DNA of 64,000 bases from Podospora anserina. Lineage: Eukaryota. The DNA lies in contig CM030332.1 in assembly GCA_017654855.1 (NCBI GenBank), forward strand, positions 5,518,001-5,582,000, given 5' to 3'. The translations under genes and the position numbers were made by a program. Shown here one piece after another: positions 26,226 to 37,484 of this stretch. The notes below the pieces were generated by a model. That model saw nothing but the letters and a program-made list of their open reading frames with translations. It searched no databases and was not told the origin of the DNA. The number at the start of each line of letters is the position of its first letter. Position 1 is the first letter of the stretch.

Positions 26226-26422
26226 ATGTGAACGCCCGAGGCAGATAGGTAGATATTGACTCAAACCAGATGAGATGGTTGGTCTTGCCGGCCGGGCAAG
26301 AATCTCACCGAACCTCGGTTCACATACCAACAACGGAGCGGCCCGCCTCCCGGTCCCGCTCCGGGCTTTGCAGAACACCAACCCCCTAGCATCACGCCAC
26401 CAGACCACCACCACGCCCATCC

Positions 26423-27352
26423 TCACCCCTCCAACCCCGGAACAACCCCATACCCAACCCTCGAACACCCCTTCCCCCTCCCCACCTTCCTCACCCTCAC
26501 CTCCCCGCACAGGTCCGTCCTTTCCACATGAGTCCCCCCACAGGGATACACCTCCGCCCCAACAATCCTCACAACCCTCCACCTCCCCCCGTCCGTGTTC
26601 TCCGGCTTTACCAGCTCCCCATTTTTCCCCCGGGGTATCAACCTCTCCAACCCCTCCCGTCTGAAATCCTCCTCATCCCACCACTCAACCTCAACCGGCA
26701 TCTTCGCGGCCAAAAGCTCATTGACTTTCTCCTGGATCGGCTCCTTCCATTTAGAGTCTATCAACCCCCTAAACTCACACGCTGCCGAGTCTGGGAAATG
26801 CGAAGCCTTTAGCTCGTCAAAGTCTTCGATTTGGGACTCGAGGAGGTGCCGGACTGCGGAGCCGAGGACGTGACCGGCTGTGTGGAGGCGGGAGTGGTAG
26901 TTTCTTAGGTTGGCGTTGATGGTTTGGGTGATTTGGTCTCCTGGGGTGAATAGTGGCTGTTCATCAGGTGGGGGGACAGAAGGGGCAAAAAAGCCTAGGT
27001 GGAGGACTTGTGAGGGGTTGGTGATTGAATGGCGGGCGGAGATGACGGAGAAGGCTACCGAGGGGGGTGAGGTGAGGGTTATGTGGCCTTCGTCTGAGGG
27101 CTGGCCACCTCCCTGCGGGTGGAAGATTGTTGAGGGGAAGGTGAGGACGAAGGCGTTGGTTGGGGGGGATTTGAAGAGGGATTGGTCAGGGGCGGGGAGG
27201 GAGGAAAAGGGGGTGATGGTGAGGAGGGTTGTTGTGTGGGTTGCGAGGGAGGCGTTGTGGTGGAAGAGGAGTTGGGTTGGTGGTGGTGGGGTGGACTGCA
27301 AAGAGGGGTGTTAGTGAGTTGATGGAGGGGAGGATGAGGGGGGAGTGACCAT
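26423..27352 (-). CDS. Freestanding AlaX-type aminoacyl-tRNA editing protein (ThrRS/AlaRS SAD domain)
   Basis: Motifs TIFHPQGGGQPSD, SRLHTAGH (HxxxH) and PCGGTH (CxxxH). The first coding exon is predicted to be the ATG alone (27352-27350), followed by intron 27296-27349 (GTCACT...CTAAC...TGCAG). Confidence 0.88.
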
Positions 27353-28256
27353 TCTGTAGGCTGATACCCTGAAAGAGCAGATCTGGAAGTGGTAGGTGGG
27401 TAAGTTGTGATGAGATATTGATGTGATGTTTGAGATGGCTGCAAGCCGGTTTTTATTCACTGAAAGCGATGCGTACAGGGACCTGTGGCATTGAGATAAG
27501 AAAGCAAGTCTAGGCAGTCTACCACGCCCTTGCATTGACAAGGTGTGACGGTGTCGAATGCCCTGGAAGAGTAAAGTATCAGCCCTGGCAGGGTTTGGAG
27601 ATGAACCAACAGAATATCACTTTGCAGGTATCGGAGATTTTGAGGTGGAAATAAACAAGGGAATATGCAGGAGTTTGAACGAGGATAACGGCGGACTGGA
27701 AGAACTTGTGTTCGGTGTGGGTTAGGGTTTGGTGAGACAGGTCGGTTTCAGTGTTGGGTACCACGTCGTGAATAAAATGATAGAGATTACCTCCTTTAAA
27801 AGGCTTATGGGCTATATTCGAAGGCTTAATCGTCAAATTCACATGAAATTTGTCTCTTGACGCCTAGTAGTTGTATTTAACACATGCTTATTCCCTAACT
27901 ACCTTATCTTGTAATACCTTCAACCATCATTCAAACATCTCTTCGTTATATTCTCACGCTTATTGGTTACATTTTAAGACCTATTCAAAAAGAGTAAGGC
28001 CTTTTGACTGTCTTCAGAGGCCTGGTTATTAATATAGATGTAAGGGTCTGTTTCTTTTCTTTAAAGACCTCATACCTATCTCTGTAGGTGTACTCACTCT
28101 CTTTGAAGCCATATCAATGATACTTTAAGCCCTTGACACAATGTTCTGTCGCAACTTGGCATGGCTCCAAGATAGGAGAGGTGGAGCGAGACTGTGAAAT
28201 TAAGACACAACTGAGGCTTCGCTATAGACCAACTATTCCAGTTCTCAGACTTCCAA

Positions 28257-29240
28257 CTACTTCTCTTCCTCTTTCTCCAACACAAAATTCGCCACCCAAA
28301 CATCCATGGCACAGGCGTGGGGAATAGTGTCATCACCGCACCGGCTCATCCTCCGCCTATCATCGAGAACCAGCTCTTGAGTAGCCGCGTTCAGCAGAGC
28401 CTGCACCAAACCCTCCTTCTTGGTGCCTTGCAGTCCCAGCTCATTGAACTGCTCCCTAAATTGGGTTGAACGAGCCCATGTGACATCGACAACTCCATCG
28501 ATCAACTCTCCATCCGGCACCGTCTCCGCCTCCTTTTCCAACGCCCACCCGGTCTCCTCCATGGCCTTTTTTATCTTTGGAGGAGTGCCCAAAAACGTCA
28601 CGTGGCCCCTGGTGTCCACGCCCTTCTTCTGCCTCTCCTCCCCAACTGCAGCCATCGCAAGCGCGGCGAACACATGCGACCGTGCATACTTGTTCGTGGC
28701 ACGTAGCGCATGCTCGACAACAAAAACCCTCTTCACCCTCCCCTTCAACTTCTCAAGTGTGTTCTTCAGGACGTCCACCGAGTCCAAGTACCAGACGGAA
28801 TGGAAAAACACCGCCACATCCCACTTCTTGTCCTTGTCGTCTCCGTCGTCGAGGAACTTGATCGCGTCCGCATTGTGGAAGGTGACCGTGTTGGGATTCC
28901 GTTGAGACACGGCGTGCTGATGATCACCCAGAGTCCACGGAGAGGGGTAGAAGTTTTCGGTATCTTGCACGTACCGCTCCAGCGAGCACACATACGAGTC
29001 AGGTGCGGGATCGAGAGCGTCAATGTGACCATTTCGAGACTTGATGTGTTGTGCTAAACAGTCCGTGACGGCGCCCATGCCGCAGCCTATTTCCAATATT
29101 TGGAGTGTGTTCTTGGGTAAGTAGTTAAGCATTTCGTAGACGTGCGTGGCTTGGGTTGAGTGCTGATACCATGAGAGGTAGGGAGTCTGATGGCGGAGCC
29201 TGAAGGCATATCTGGATTTAGAGCTCGAAGCACCGCTCAT
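28257..29240 (-). CDS. Class I SAM-dependent methyltransferase (UstM-like fungal family)
   Basis: Single exon, ATG at 29240. Motif I ILEIGCGMG, plus GHIDALDP, WDVAVFFHSVWY and VFVVEHAL. Confidence 0.82.
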   Translation of the reverse strand: MSGASSSKSRYAFRLRHQTPYLSWYQHSTQATHVYEMLNYLPKNTLQILEIGCGMGAVTDCLAQHIKSRNGHIDALDPAPDSYVCSLERYVQDTENFYPSPWTLGDHQHAVSQRNPNTVTFHNADAIKFLDDGDDKDKKWDVAVFFHSVWYLDSVDVLKNTLEKLKGRVKRVFVVEHALRATNKYARSHVFAALAMAAVGEERQKKGVDTRGHVTFLGTPPKIKKAMEETGWALEKEAETVPDGELIDGVVDVTWARSTQFREQFNELGLQGTKKEGLVQALLNAATQELVLDDRRRMSRCGDDTIPHACAMDVWVANFVLEKEEEK

Positions 29241-29295
29241 ACTGCAGAGTGATATTGAGTGAGTAGCCAAAAGAGAATGATGGGAATGATGGGAG

Positions 29296-29330
<35 letters not shown>

Positions 29331-29347
29331 TTGTTGTTGTTGTTGTT
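29296..29347. repeat. Compound (TGA)n(TTG)n microsatellite in the methyltransferase upstream/5' region
   Basis: Read directly. Confidence 0.92.
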
Positions 29348-29806
29348 ACAATTGTGGGAAGAGGAGGAAGCAGGAATTAAGACCTGGTGCTGAGGAGCTC
29401 TTTCTTTCTCTCCTTCCTTACTCCTTAGGTCCTGCTTTCAGCCATGCGGCAGTGGCTGGGCGATCTGGAAGTGACCGTGTGAGAAAAGCGAGAACCGATG
29501 GTTAAGTTCAGCTACGCATAACAACCACGGCAAAAGTCGAAAGGTTCAAAAGACAGTCAATACGCCTTCGAAGATATCGCAGTCTCTGTATTTGTCCACA
29601 GCGTGTGATGGGGCCAGATCAGGAATGCGGACAGGGGAACTGACATTCAAAACGTTGTGTGGTTTATGCTTCAATGTGGTGAATGCGGCGTCGGTAGCGT
29701 CCCTGGAGCACGTCGAGGTTGTTAACGCCATCTCTATTTCCTGTCCACATCGTGCCTCATAAGTGCTCATCCACACCCCCGACACACACTTAACCTCCCA
29801 AACCCA

Positions 29807-29916
29807 GCCCGCTTGGCTCAGTGGTAGAGCGTGTCACTAGTAAAAAGCCAAACCCACCTTGTCTTCAACACACAAGGACAATGACAAGGTCATCAGTTCG
29901 ATTCTGATAGTGGGCA
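29807..29916 (+). tRNA. tRNA-Thr(AGT) with 38-nt intron (29843-29880)
   Basis: Acceptor stem GCCCGCT/AGTGGGC, D arm TGGCTCAGTGGTAGAGC, anticodon stem TGTCA/TGACA with CT-AGT-A, T arm ATCAG-TTCGATT-CTGAT, and a downstream T-run (Pol III terminator). Confidence 0.95.
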
Positions 29917-29979
29917 AAACATCTTTTTGTTTTGCTACTCCCTTTCCTACACCCTTCCTTTTTCACCAACCATCACTCA

Positions 29980-30642
29980 CTATTCCTTCCCATCCAAAAC
30001 CTCCCCAACGCCTTTCACATTGCTGACGAGATCAACCCCCGACCCCACCGCCTCAGCCGCCACCCTCGCCGGTATAACCCCGCTCTCATCTTTAAACCCA
30101 CCCGCCTGCCGTTCAGCAAGCTTCTCAACCTCTTCGTCTTGCTCCTCGGCAGGGATATACCCCCTCAACACCCCCTCCACATAACTGCTCGGCACCCCCT
30201 CCCTCAGCGCATCATCAATCCCCCTGTTCATCCTAACAATATACTCCTCCCTCGGTTTAAACCCCCCCTTGTCCCTCTCAAAGTCAATGTAAACTAACGC
30301 CTCCCTCTCCTCCCCCTTTCCCTGTTTGTCCCCATCCCGTTCCCAAATCTCGATTGTTAGTTCACTCTTCTCATAGGCGTAGGGGACTCCCTCGTTGATG
30401 TCCAGCATCTCTTCGTCTTCGGGTGTGAGGGCGTAGATCAAACCCCAGACTTCAGAAGGGGGCGAGGGTGTCGGGACGTGGGCGATGTTGGCGTAGCCGC
30501 GCGAGTTGATGAACCATTTGTGCTGGCGGAGACGTCCTATCCCTAGGTAAGGGGAGGAGGGGCAGCGGCGGGACATTTGGTCCAGCCAGAGGTTGGAGCC
30601 GTAGCCAAAGTAGAGTTTGTGGGGGGCGGTTGTTGTTGACAT
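29980..30642 (-). CDS. Gamma-glutamylcyclotransferase (GGCT/AIG2-like)
   Basis: Motifs YFGYGSNL, GYANI, VWGLIY, LDINEGVPYAY and ALVY. Confidence 0.9.
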   Translation of the reverse strand: MSTTTAPHKLYFGYGSNLWLDQMSRRCPSSPYLGIGRLRQHKWFINSRGYANIAHVPTPSPPSEVWGLIYALTPEDEEMLDINEGVPYAYEKSELTIEIWERDGDKQGKGEEREALVYIDFERDKGGFKPREEYIVRMNRGIDDALREGVPSSYVEGVLRGYIPAEEQDEEVEKLAERQAGGFKDESGVIPARVAAEAVGSGVDLVSNVKGVGEVLDGKE

Positions 30643-31122
30643 TGTTGTTTTGTTTGGGGGATGATAGTAATGGGTGTGGTGAGGGGGTGTTGATCTGGTC
30701 CTCTTAAGTCGAGGGCTGTGGGTAGGTATGGAGTGAGTCAGTTAGAATGAGTGTAAAGAAACAGCAGTAATGGGTAACGTGAAATTTCAGCTCATTTGCT
30801 TTGAGATCTGCAAGTGAGTAACAGCTCAAGGTGAAAGGAATAAGCGGGGTTTATTAATGCGCAATAGATACTGGAGGCGGATTGCCCGTTTGCCAATCAT
30901 TTATACCCTAACCCTGGCACTTACACCCCTTCGACAGCCCCTTTTCTGTGAATCTTGAACCCCTGAGTAAGAACAGCCAAGAGTTCCACGAGGAGCTCAA
31001 ACGAAGAGAATATACATCAGCAGCACCGAGATGCGCTGGCAACATGTGCAACATTACCCCTCCGTATGTGCACACAGCTCCCCCCGAACGTCCCCCTTCT
31101 CCATCATCCGTCCACAACCCCC

Positions 31123-32394
31123 CTAAGCCTCCCCAGCAACCTCCTCCTCCCTCGCCAACCCCTTCCTCCTCGCCTCATTCAACGCCTTCAACTTGGCCGT
31201 CCCCAGCCCAGCCACGCCATCCTTCTGGTTATCCCCCAACCACGGTTTCTTCGAATCCCCCAAAATCGTCCCCGCCAAAAAGTACACCACCATCCCAAAG
31301 ATGATCAACACAAACGCAATCGGGTACATCCAGTGAATGGTATACCCAAACACCCTCGTCCCGATAATCACACCCCAAAAGTTGGCCGTCAGCAGGTTCA
31401 CATCAAAAATCGCCGCACTCCCCATCCGCAAGATCAGCGGAACGAGCGAGTAGAAAATGAACAAGCAAAACGTATAACCCACCAACCACCCCGCCACATC
31501 CCCGTTCCACGTCGCGCCCGCAAAGCTGCTCCGATCAAAAATAGCCGCCTGCACCCCGTTGATGCACACCCCGAAAATGCCCAGGAACGAAAGAACCTCG
31601 TACATTGGCCTTTTGGAAACAAACCACTCCTCGTAGACATTCGTAATGCCGTAGAGCGTCGCCCCCAGCAGACCAAAAAGATCGCCCTTGATCATGTCCT
31701 TGCCGTTGCCGCCGTTGGTGCCGTTGATGTGATCGCTGGCGAGGAGGACACCCATGCCGCCGCAGCAGATGAGGATACCGGCGATTTGAACGGGTCTGTA
31801 TCTGACCTTGAGGAAGAAAAATGACAGGATGACCACGCAGACGATGGCCCAGAAATTGAGGAGCTGGGCAGACAGGATATTGGTGTACTCGTATGCCAAA
31901 ACAGTGAAGTAATTTCCCTGGACGTCAAAGAACGACAGGATGAAGTACTTCCAGCCGTCGCGCCACAGGATGGAGCGGTATTTGGCCCAGCCATGCTTGT
32001 AGATGGTGTATGGGAGGTAGACAATCGTCAGCAGGGCGTAGTTGAAGAGGGTCTGGAAGGCGGGGATGATGGTGTTGACGGAGCTCAGGAACGAGGTGAA
32101 GGTGTTGGAGCCGGTGATGCACAGCGCCAGGATTTGACCCAGAGCGATGATGGCCCAGAAGTCGACGGTCAAGAGGTAGGAGTACCACTTGACCTCCTGG
32201 TTTTCGAGGTGCTTGAGGCCAGCGGCCACGGCGGCGGACTCGGAGTCGCTATCAGTTGTGTGGCCCTCGACACTGATTCTGGTGGTGGTGGCATGGGCGG
32301 TTGTCCCGTAGTCACCGGTGCCGTCTGTCTTGGCCATGACAGGCTCGACGGCCGTGTGAATGGTGGCGTTGTTGTCGTTGTTGTTCTCAGACAT
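31123..32394 (-). CDS. SLC35F (DUF914) solute carrier, 10-TM DMT superfamily
   Basis: Motifs LGQILALCIT, PAFQTLFNY, DVQGNYFTVLAYEYT, YGITNVYEE and NLLTANFWG. Multiple hydrophobic helices. Confidence 0.92.
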   Translation of the reverse strand: MSENNNDNNATIHTAVEPVMAKTDGTGDYGTTAHATTTRISVEGHTTDSDSESAAVAAGLKHLENQEVKWYSYLLTVDFWAIIALGQILALCITGSNTFTSFLSSVNTIIPAFQTLFNYALLTIVYLPYTIYKHGWAKYRSILWRDGWKYFILSFFDVQGNYFTVLAYEYTNILSAQLLNFWAIVCVVILSFFFLKVRYRPVQIAGILICCGGMGVLLASDHINGTNGGNGKDMIKGDLFGLLGATLYGITNVYEEWFVSKRPMYEVLSFLGIFGVCINGVQAAIFDRSSFAGATWNGDVAGWLVGYTFCLFIFYSLVPLILRMGSAAIFDVNLLTANFWGVIIGTRVFGYTIHWMYPIAFVLIIFGMVVYFLAGTILGDSKKPWLGDNQKDGVAGLGTAKLKALNEARRKGLAREEEVAGEA

Positions 32395-33332
32395 GATGAT
32401 CTTGTCTTAATCTCTTGTTTGTTCTAGAAAAGTAGTAGTACTCTTCCACTTGAAGGTTTGGCTGTCTGATATGTGTAGTTAAATTTAGATTACGCAGAGA
32501 GAGTGTATATCTTCTCTGAATAAGTCTTTCTTACGTCCCCTCGAGCAAGCGCAAAGACTCAAAGTCGCCTGCCGTGAAGTTACTGATGTTTGGCTCGACG
32601 CATCAACCAGTGCGTCGAGAAGCTGAGAAAGTCGAGGGGCGCTTTGGAGCGGGAAAAGCACATGTGTTATTCGGTGAGATGTTGGAGGGGCAAGGGGCAA
32701 AACAACAGACGGTCAAATTCTCGTCGTGAGTTGTTCTGGTTTTGAATAGAGGTGAGTGAGATCAAGCTGATGCTTCAACAGCTCTGAGGAGGTGAAAGCC
32801 AAGAGAGAAAAAAAAAGACGACTTCTGGCGGGGCTTGTTATCTCCCGCAAGAATTGATTATCGATTCTTGGCAAGCAAGCCACGGTGAGTTGTTGATCGG
32901 AGGGGTGGGCGGCAACCCTTGAAAATATTTGCGAAAAAAACCGTTGAGTGGAAGGAGCCCAGCGGGGCCGGCTTGACGTCCGTTCAAGTTCGCCGGGATT
33001 TGGCTTGGCACCCGCGGCGGAGGTGTGGGGGCCTCAAAAGCGGGGCACTCGGCAGACCCAGTTTCGGTGGGCCTGCCGGCGGGAAGCACTGCATCTTTAG
33101 TCAATGTTCTTTCTACACATATAGCTAACACAACCTATGCAGGTGTCTGATGCCAATGCTTGTCCTGAATCGGGTTGCCGGCTTTTAGACTCTAATGTCC
33201 AGATCAGTCTCTGATGTCGACCAAACAAGCTCCTCCGGGCTGACACTGTACTCTAGGAGCATCGGTTTGGTTGCCATATCTACCTCACCTCAGCAAGTTT
33301 GCCGACTATTTCGAGATGTGAGGGTGTATCGC

Positions 33333-33368
33333 TGATAAGTCGGGTATGCTTTTGTCCCGGACTTATCA
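33333..33368. promoter_or_regulatory. Inverted repeat TGATAAGTC(GGG)...(CCCG)GACTTATCA with a GATA site in each arm, upstream of the SDR gene
   Basis: Perfect 9-bp arms, extendable to 12 bp with one bulge. TATAAAA lies at about 33430. Confidence 0.55.
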
Positions 33369-33518
33369 ACAACTTTCCAGTCAGCGCAACTGCTCATGCC
33401 TACAAATGAGATACCTGATGAATTGACGGTATAAAACGCTCGAAACAAGGCGCAGAATTCGGCAATCTCACATCCACATCTTCACCTTGCCTTCAGAATT
33501 CTCTTTCTGCTCTCCATA

Positions 33519-34248
33519 ATGGCCCCTTCTGCTTACAACAAGCTCCAGAACAAGCATGTTCTCATCCTTGGAGGAAGTTCAGGCATAGGTTATGCCGTGG
33601 CAGATGGTTCTCTCGCTTCTGGAGCCAAGGTCACCATTTCCTCCTCTTCTCAGACCAAAGTTGATGCTGCCGTTTCTCGTCTGAAATCAGACTACCCCTC
33701 CCAAACAGACACGATTGTCGGCTTCCCCGCTGACCTCTCCAACCCAACCAAGGTGGAAGACGACCTTGATGTCCTGTTCAAGAAAGCCGAGTCTACCCAC
33801 GGTACCATCCACCATGTCGGTGGTGGCCGTCCTCACAGCATTTCACATGCGCCTCGTCCTTCCCATCATCCTTGGTAAAGTCGCATCTCGATACCTGCCC
33901 AAGGAGAACACTTCCAGCATCACCATCACCAGCGGCTCTGCGACAAAGAAGCCGGCGAAAGGGTGGACCCTGATGAGTAATTATGGCGGCGGACTCTCCA
34001 CTTTGGCCAAGGCGCTCGCTGTTGATCTCGCGCCAATCAGGGCGAATGTGGTTCGACCTGGCTATGTCGAGACAGAACTCTGGACGGAAGAGCAGAAGGC
34101 ATCCACGGCCAAAGCTGTCGCCAAATCAACGCTCACGGGGGTGCCCGCCAAGGGCGAAGATGTTGCGGAGGCGTATCTGTGGTTGATGAATGACAGCAAC
34201 GTGACTGGAGCGGCGGCGGAGACGGATTCTGGTGGGCTGTTGGCTTAG
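33519..34248 (+). pseudogene. Short-chain dehydrogenase/reductase with internal deletion and frameshift
   Basis: The N-terminal half (GGSSGIG, to HGTIHHV) and the C-terminal half (SITITSG, LAVDLAPIRANVVRPGYVETELW, TDSG) are in different frames. They join near 33815-33830, where the usual post-beta4 segment is missing and no plausible intron exists. Confidence 0.75.
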
Positions 34249-35631
34249 GATGGTCGAATTGATGTTGATCTGCGGTTGGAGGTATTTGAAGGGAATGTCT
34301 CTTGCCAATATGCACAAGTTCTGTCGAAAAGTGTCAGCTGTCATGTGAAATTGATGGAAGGGTAACCTGCCCTAGATTCAGGATGGGATTGTCAACGTTT
34401 CAGAGAAAGACAAGAGTTTCCATGTTCCAAGGGTAGTATGTCAATCAGGGCGATCATGCAACCTTTTTTCGACCATGAAGCCCGGGGCCGTATCTTGAAG
34501 AACTCTCAACTTGCATCACTTGGTTTTTGGTACTTCGTGAACCTTTCGAGTTCTATCAAGATAGATCTATTACAAGTTGAATTCATCGAATTGTCTCGTG
34601 TTGGAGCTGACGTGGCTTACACGAGCTCGTTTAAGTGTTCTCCACGTGCAGGGTTCGTGTTGACATTCCGCCCAGCCAACTGCTCCTTCCTACCATCAGT
34701 TGGAATGTTGCTCCTTCGTTCCTTCCCCCTGATCTTGAGGCCACCGGGTATGACGTCCCCAAGATGGCGGAGCTTTGTAGGTACGGAATGCCCGGCCAAG
34801 GCGCGCGTTTGTCTGCGACGTCCCTGTCAATTGGCACAGAATAATGGGTTTGGGATTCATCACCTGTTTGCACCACCATGACACAACCGTTCGGGAGACA
34901 TCCCGAGGAGCGCCTTCTTCAAGACCCAGTCACTCTGCTTCTGTTATTGTACCCCTGGTCTTTCAAGGCTACTGGGTGCTGCCGAGGGTATTACCATCTC
35001 AACAAGTTGCCATACGGCCGGTGCAACGAAGCGTCTCACAACCAAGACAGTACACACCCGCCACCTGCCCGTCTTTTCAAGTCTGGCGGTCTGGCTTCTC
35101 TGTCGACGAGATCTATTTGCCAGCGGCTGGGGGATCTTGTTTCATCCAGGAACTTTTCATCTGATTTTGTCGCCAACTTAAACGTCTTCCGGAACCAGTT
35201 CTTTTCACTCACAACCAAGCCAGGTTGACGATATCTCCTCTGCAGCGCGGGTAGCTGCAAGTCTCCTGCATCATCTCGATTTCGCCCTCCTCACCAAGAC
35301 TGCCTCACTTCTGCTTGCATTAGAGACTGCTGTCAGTTCCCTGTGTCACCAGTGCCTCTCGTCAGCGGCCACCCGAACAGCACACACAAAGTAAGTGGAC
35401 CCATTTCCCTGCCCGATCTTCTTCACCCCCCAAATCTCCCGCGTAACTACCTTCCCGGTCAGTTTCATCATGTTGCTCGACTTTCTGTAACTCACTATTA
35501 TCGATCTGCACGCCGATGACCCCCTCCCCCTCCTGGCTTGTACACTCGCACCTCATCATACCCGTCTGATATATGGACGCAAGACTTGCCAACTGACCAA
35601 CGAACCAGTCACCACTTGGAATCCAAATAAC

Positions 35632-36754
35632 ATGATCCCATCACCCTCAGGAAGTCCTGGCCGAGGAGACCGACCTGTCTCAGACATCTTAGACTCGCCC
35701 ATAACCAGATCACCGCCGCCACCACCGCCGCCACCACCGCCGCCTCGGAAAGAGTTCAAAGCCTACGGTCAAGATTACCAGTACGCCGAAACTTGGTCCA
35801 ATCCGCTTCCAGAGTTTATCGTTCACAACCCTGGTACCAAGAACGACGACCCCGGTGCGCTAGAAGCAGGAACGGCCGGAGTTACGGGGGGAATTGGAGC
35901 AACGACCAGAGCGGGGCCAAGACCTGAGAGTCTCGACGGCACTCAAGATACCAGTGCCAGCATGGATTACCAGGGGAATATTTCACATCATCGTCCCGAC
36001 ACTGTCGGGTCTAAGGGATCCGTCATGAGGGAAGCGGTCTGGGTACCGCCCTACGAGAAACCCTGGTACAGAAAGCTCACCCATCTTCAATGGCTCATCG
36101 CCACCGTTACTGTTCTCGGCATCCTTGCGGTTGTTCTTGCGATTCTGGGAGCGATGGGTGTTCTCACCGGGACAGCGTAAGCAAACAGTTTCTCGGGTTG
36201 CATTATTTGTTCGACCTGCTAACATGGTGTTCTCAGTGGTACTCAGTCGACCTCTGGCGCTGCCAACAGCACAAGCAGTGGCGCCTCAACATCGTCTTCA
36301 ACGACATCATCATCATCACCAGCTCGACCAAGCCCAACAGTAAGTACTCATCTCTTCAGGAACATCTGCCTTTCAAAAAGCTGACACTGGGGAGTCACAG
36401 AATCTCGACAACTTTTGCAAAGACTCGGATTCATTTCTCAAAGACGTCGGCATCTACAGCATCCAAGTCGATGGTACGACGAACTGGGAGCAAGGATTTG
36501 ATTCTGCCACCACGGCGGAACTCTGCTGCAATGCTTGCTTCAAAGCTTCGAATTGTGCCGGCTGGTTACATACCGGCATCGACTTCACACCCTGCACGCT
36601 TTTTTCTCTCAAGGAGGGCATTTTCGACGAGGCAAAGGATAAGGACAAGTGCCCGAGGGGTCAGGCGAACGTGATCACTTTTAAGGAGGATAACGCGAAG
36701 AAGGGTGCCTCTGCGGCAAGGGGACCTTGTAGCAACGGTTTCAAGTTCGGCTAG
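35632..36754 (+). CDS. Single-pass type II membrane protein with C-terminal Cys-rich PAN/Apple-like domain
   Basis: Exons 35632-36176, 36237-36339 and 36401-36754, with canonical introns in frame. Pro-rich N-terminus, TM helix (WLIATVTVLGILAVVLAILGAMGVL), Ser/Thr stalk, then ...TAELCCNACFKASNCAGW...PC...KCP...GPC. Confidence 0.82.
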
Positions 36755-37484
36755 AGGGTTTTCTCATTCATGTTATTTTTCTGTTGAGTAGTATGTCTTG
36801 TAATTTTGGCCGAGAGGGGTGGTGGTTAGTTGGATGGCTATTTGTTACTCTTTTTGTTCACTCTCGCTCAAGGGAAAGGGAAGGAGGGGAGGAGATATTC
36901 CCCACGAAAGCCAGATCAATGATAGATATGTATGACATGGTAACTGGGAACAATGAGAGCCATTTTGGGGAGGGGATTATAGAGATTCAATTCTTGGAGA
37001 GATGTTTTGATGATGGGTTCTATGTATATACTTCGACGTTGCGTTGAATAGCATTCTTTGTGACTGGCATGGGCATCAAGGCGTGAACACATTCAACATG
37101 ATCCAAAACAAAAACAAAATACTGAGCACATGTACAAACATAAAAATAAACATTTCTTTTTTTTTCCCCCAGAGGGAAAAAGCCTGTCTATTTCGCCGAT
37201 TATTTCACCAGTTCCTTTCACACCAAACCAATGAATCCAACGAGACCGTCCGTTATGTATGATGGGGAAGCAAACAAGAAAGAACCAAAGACAAGAAAAA
37301 AGGAGAACGCAAAACTTTGGAGAGAAAACTCTAAAATCTTCATGGCTTTTTTGCATTCCTGGTTTGCTGTGTGTGTTTCCTGTACCTGTTCCGACCATCC
37401 CGCCCCTTAGTCACCCTTGCAATTAGCCACTTACACCTATCGTGTCCTCCCCTATTCTAAAAAAATTGTATCCGAGGGATCGAT

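Noticed and set aside
30905..30915. Telomere-like ACCCTAACCCT
   Set aside because: Fewer than two units and expected by chance in C-rich DNA.
34438..35260. Overlapping 100-150 aa ORFs downstream of the SDR
   Set aside because: No motif, no consistent frame and no splice structure. Could not be supported as a gene.
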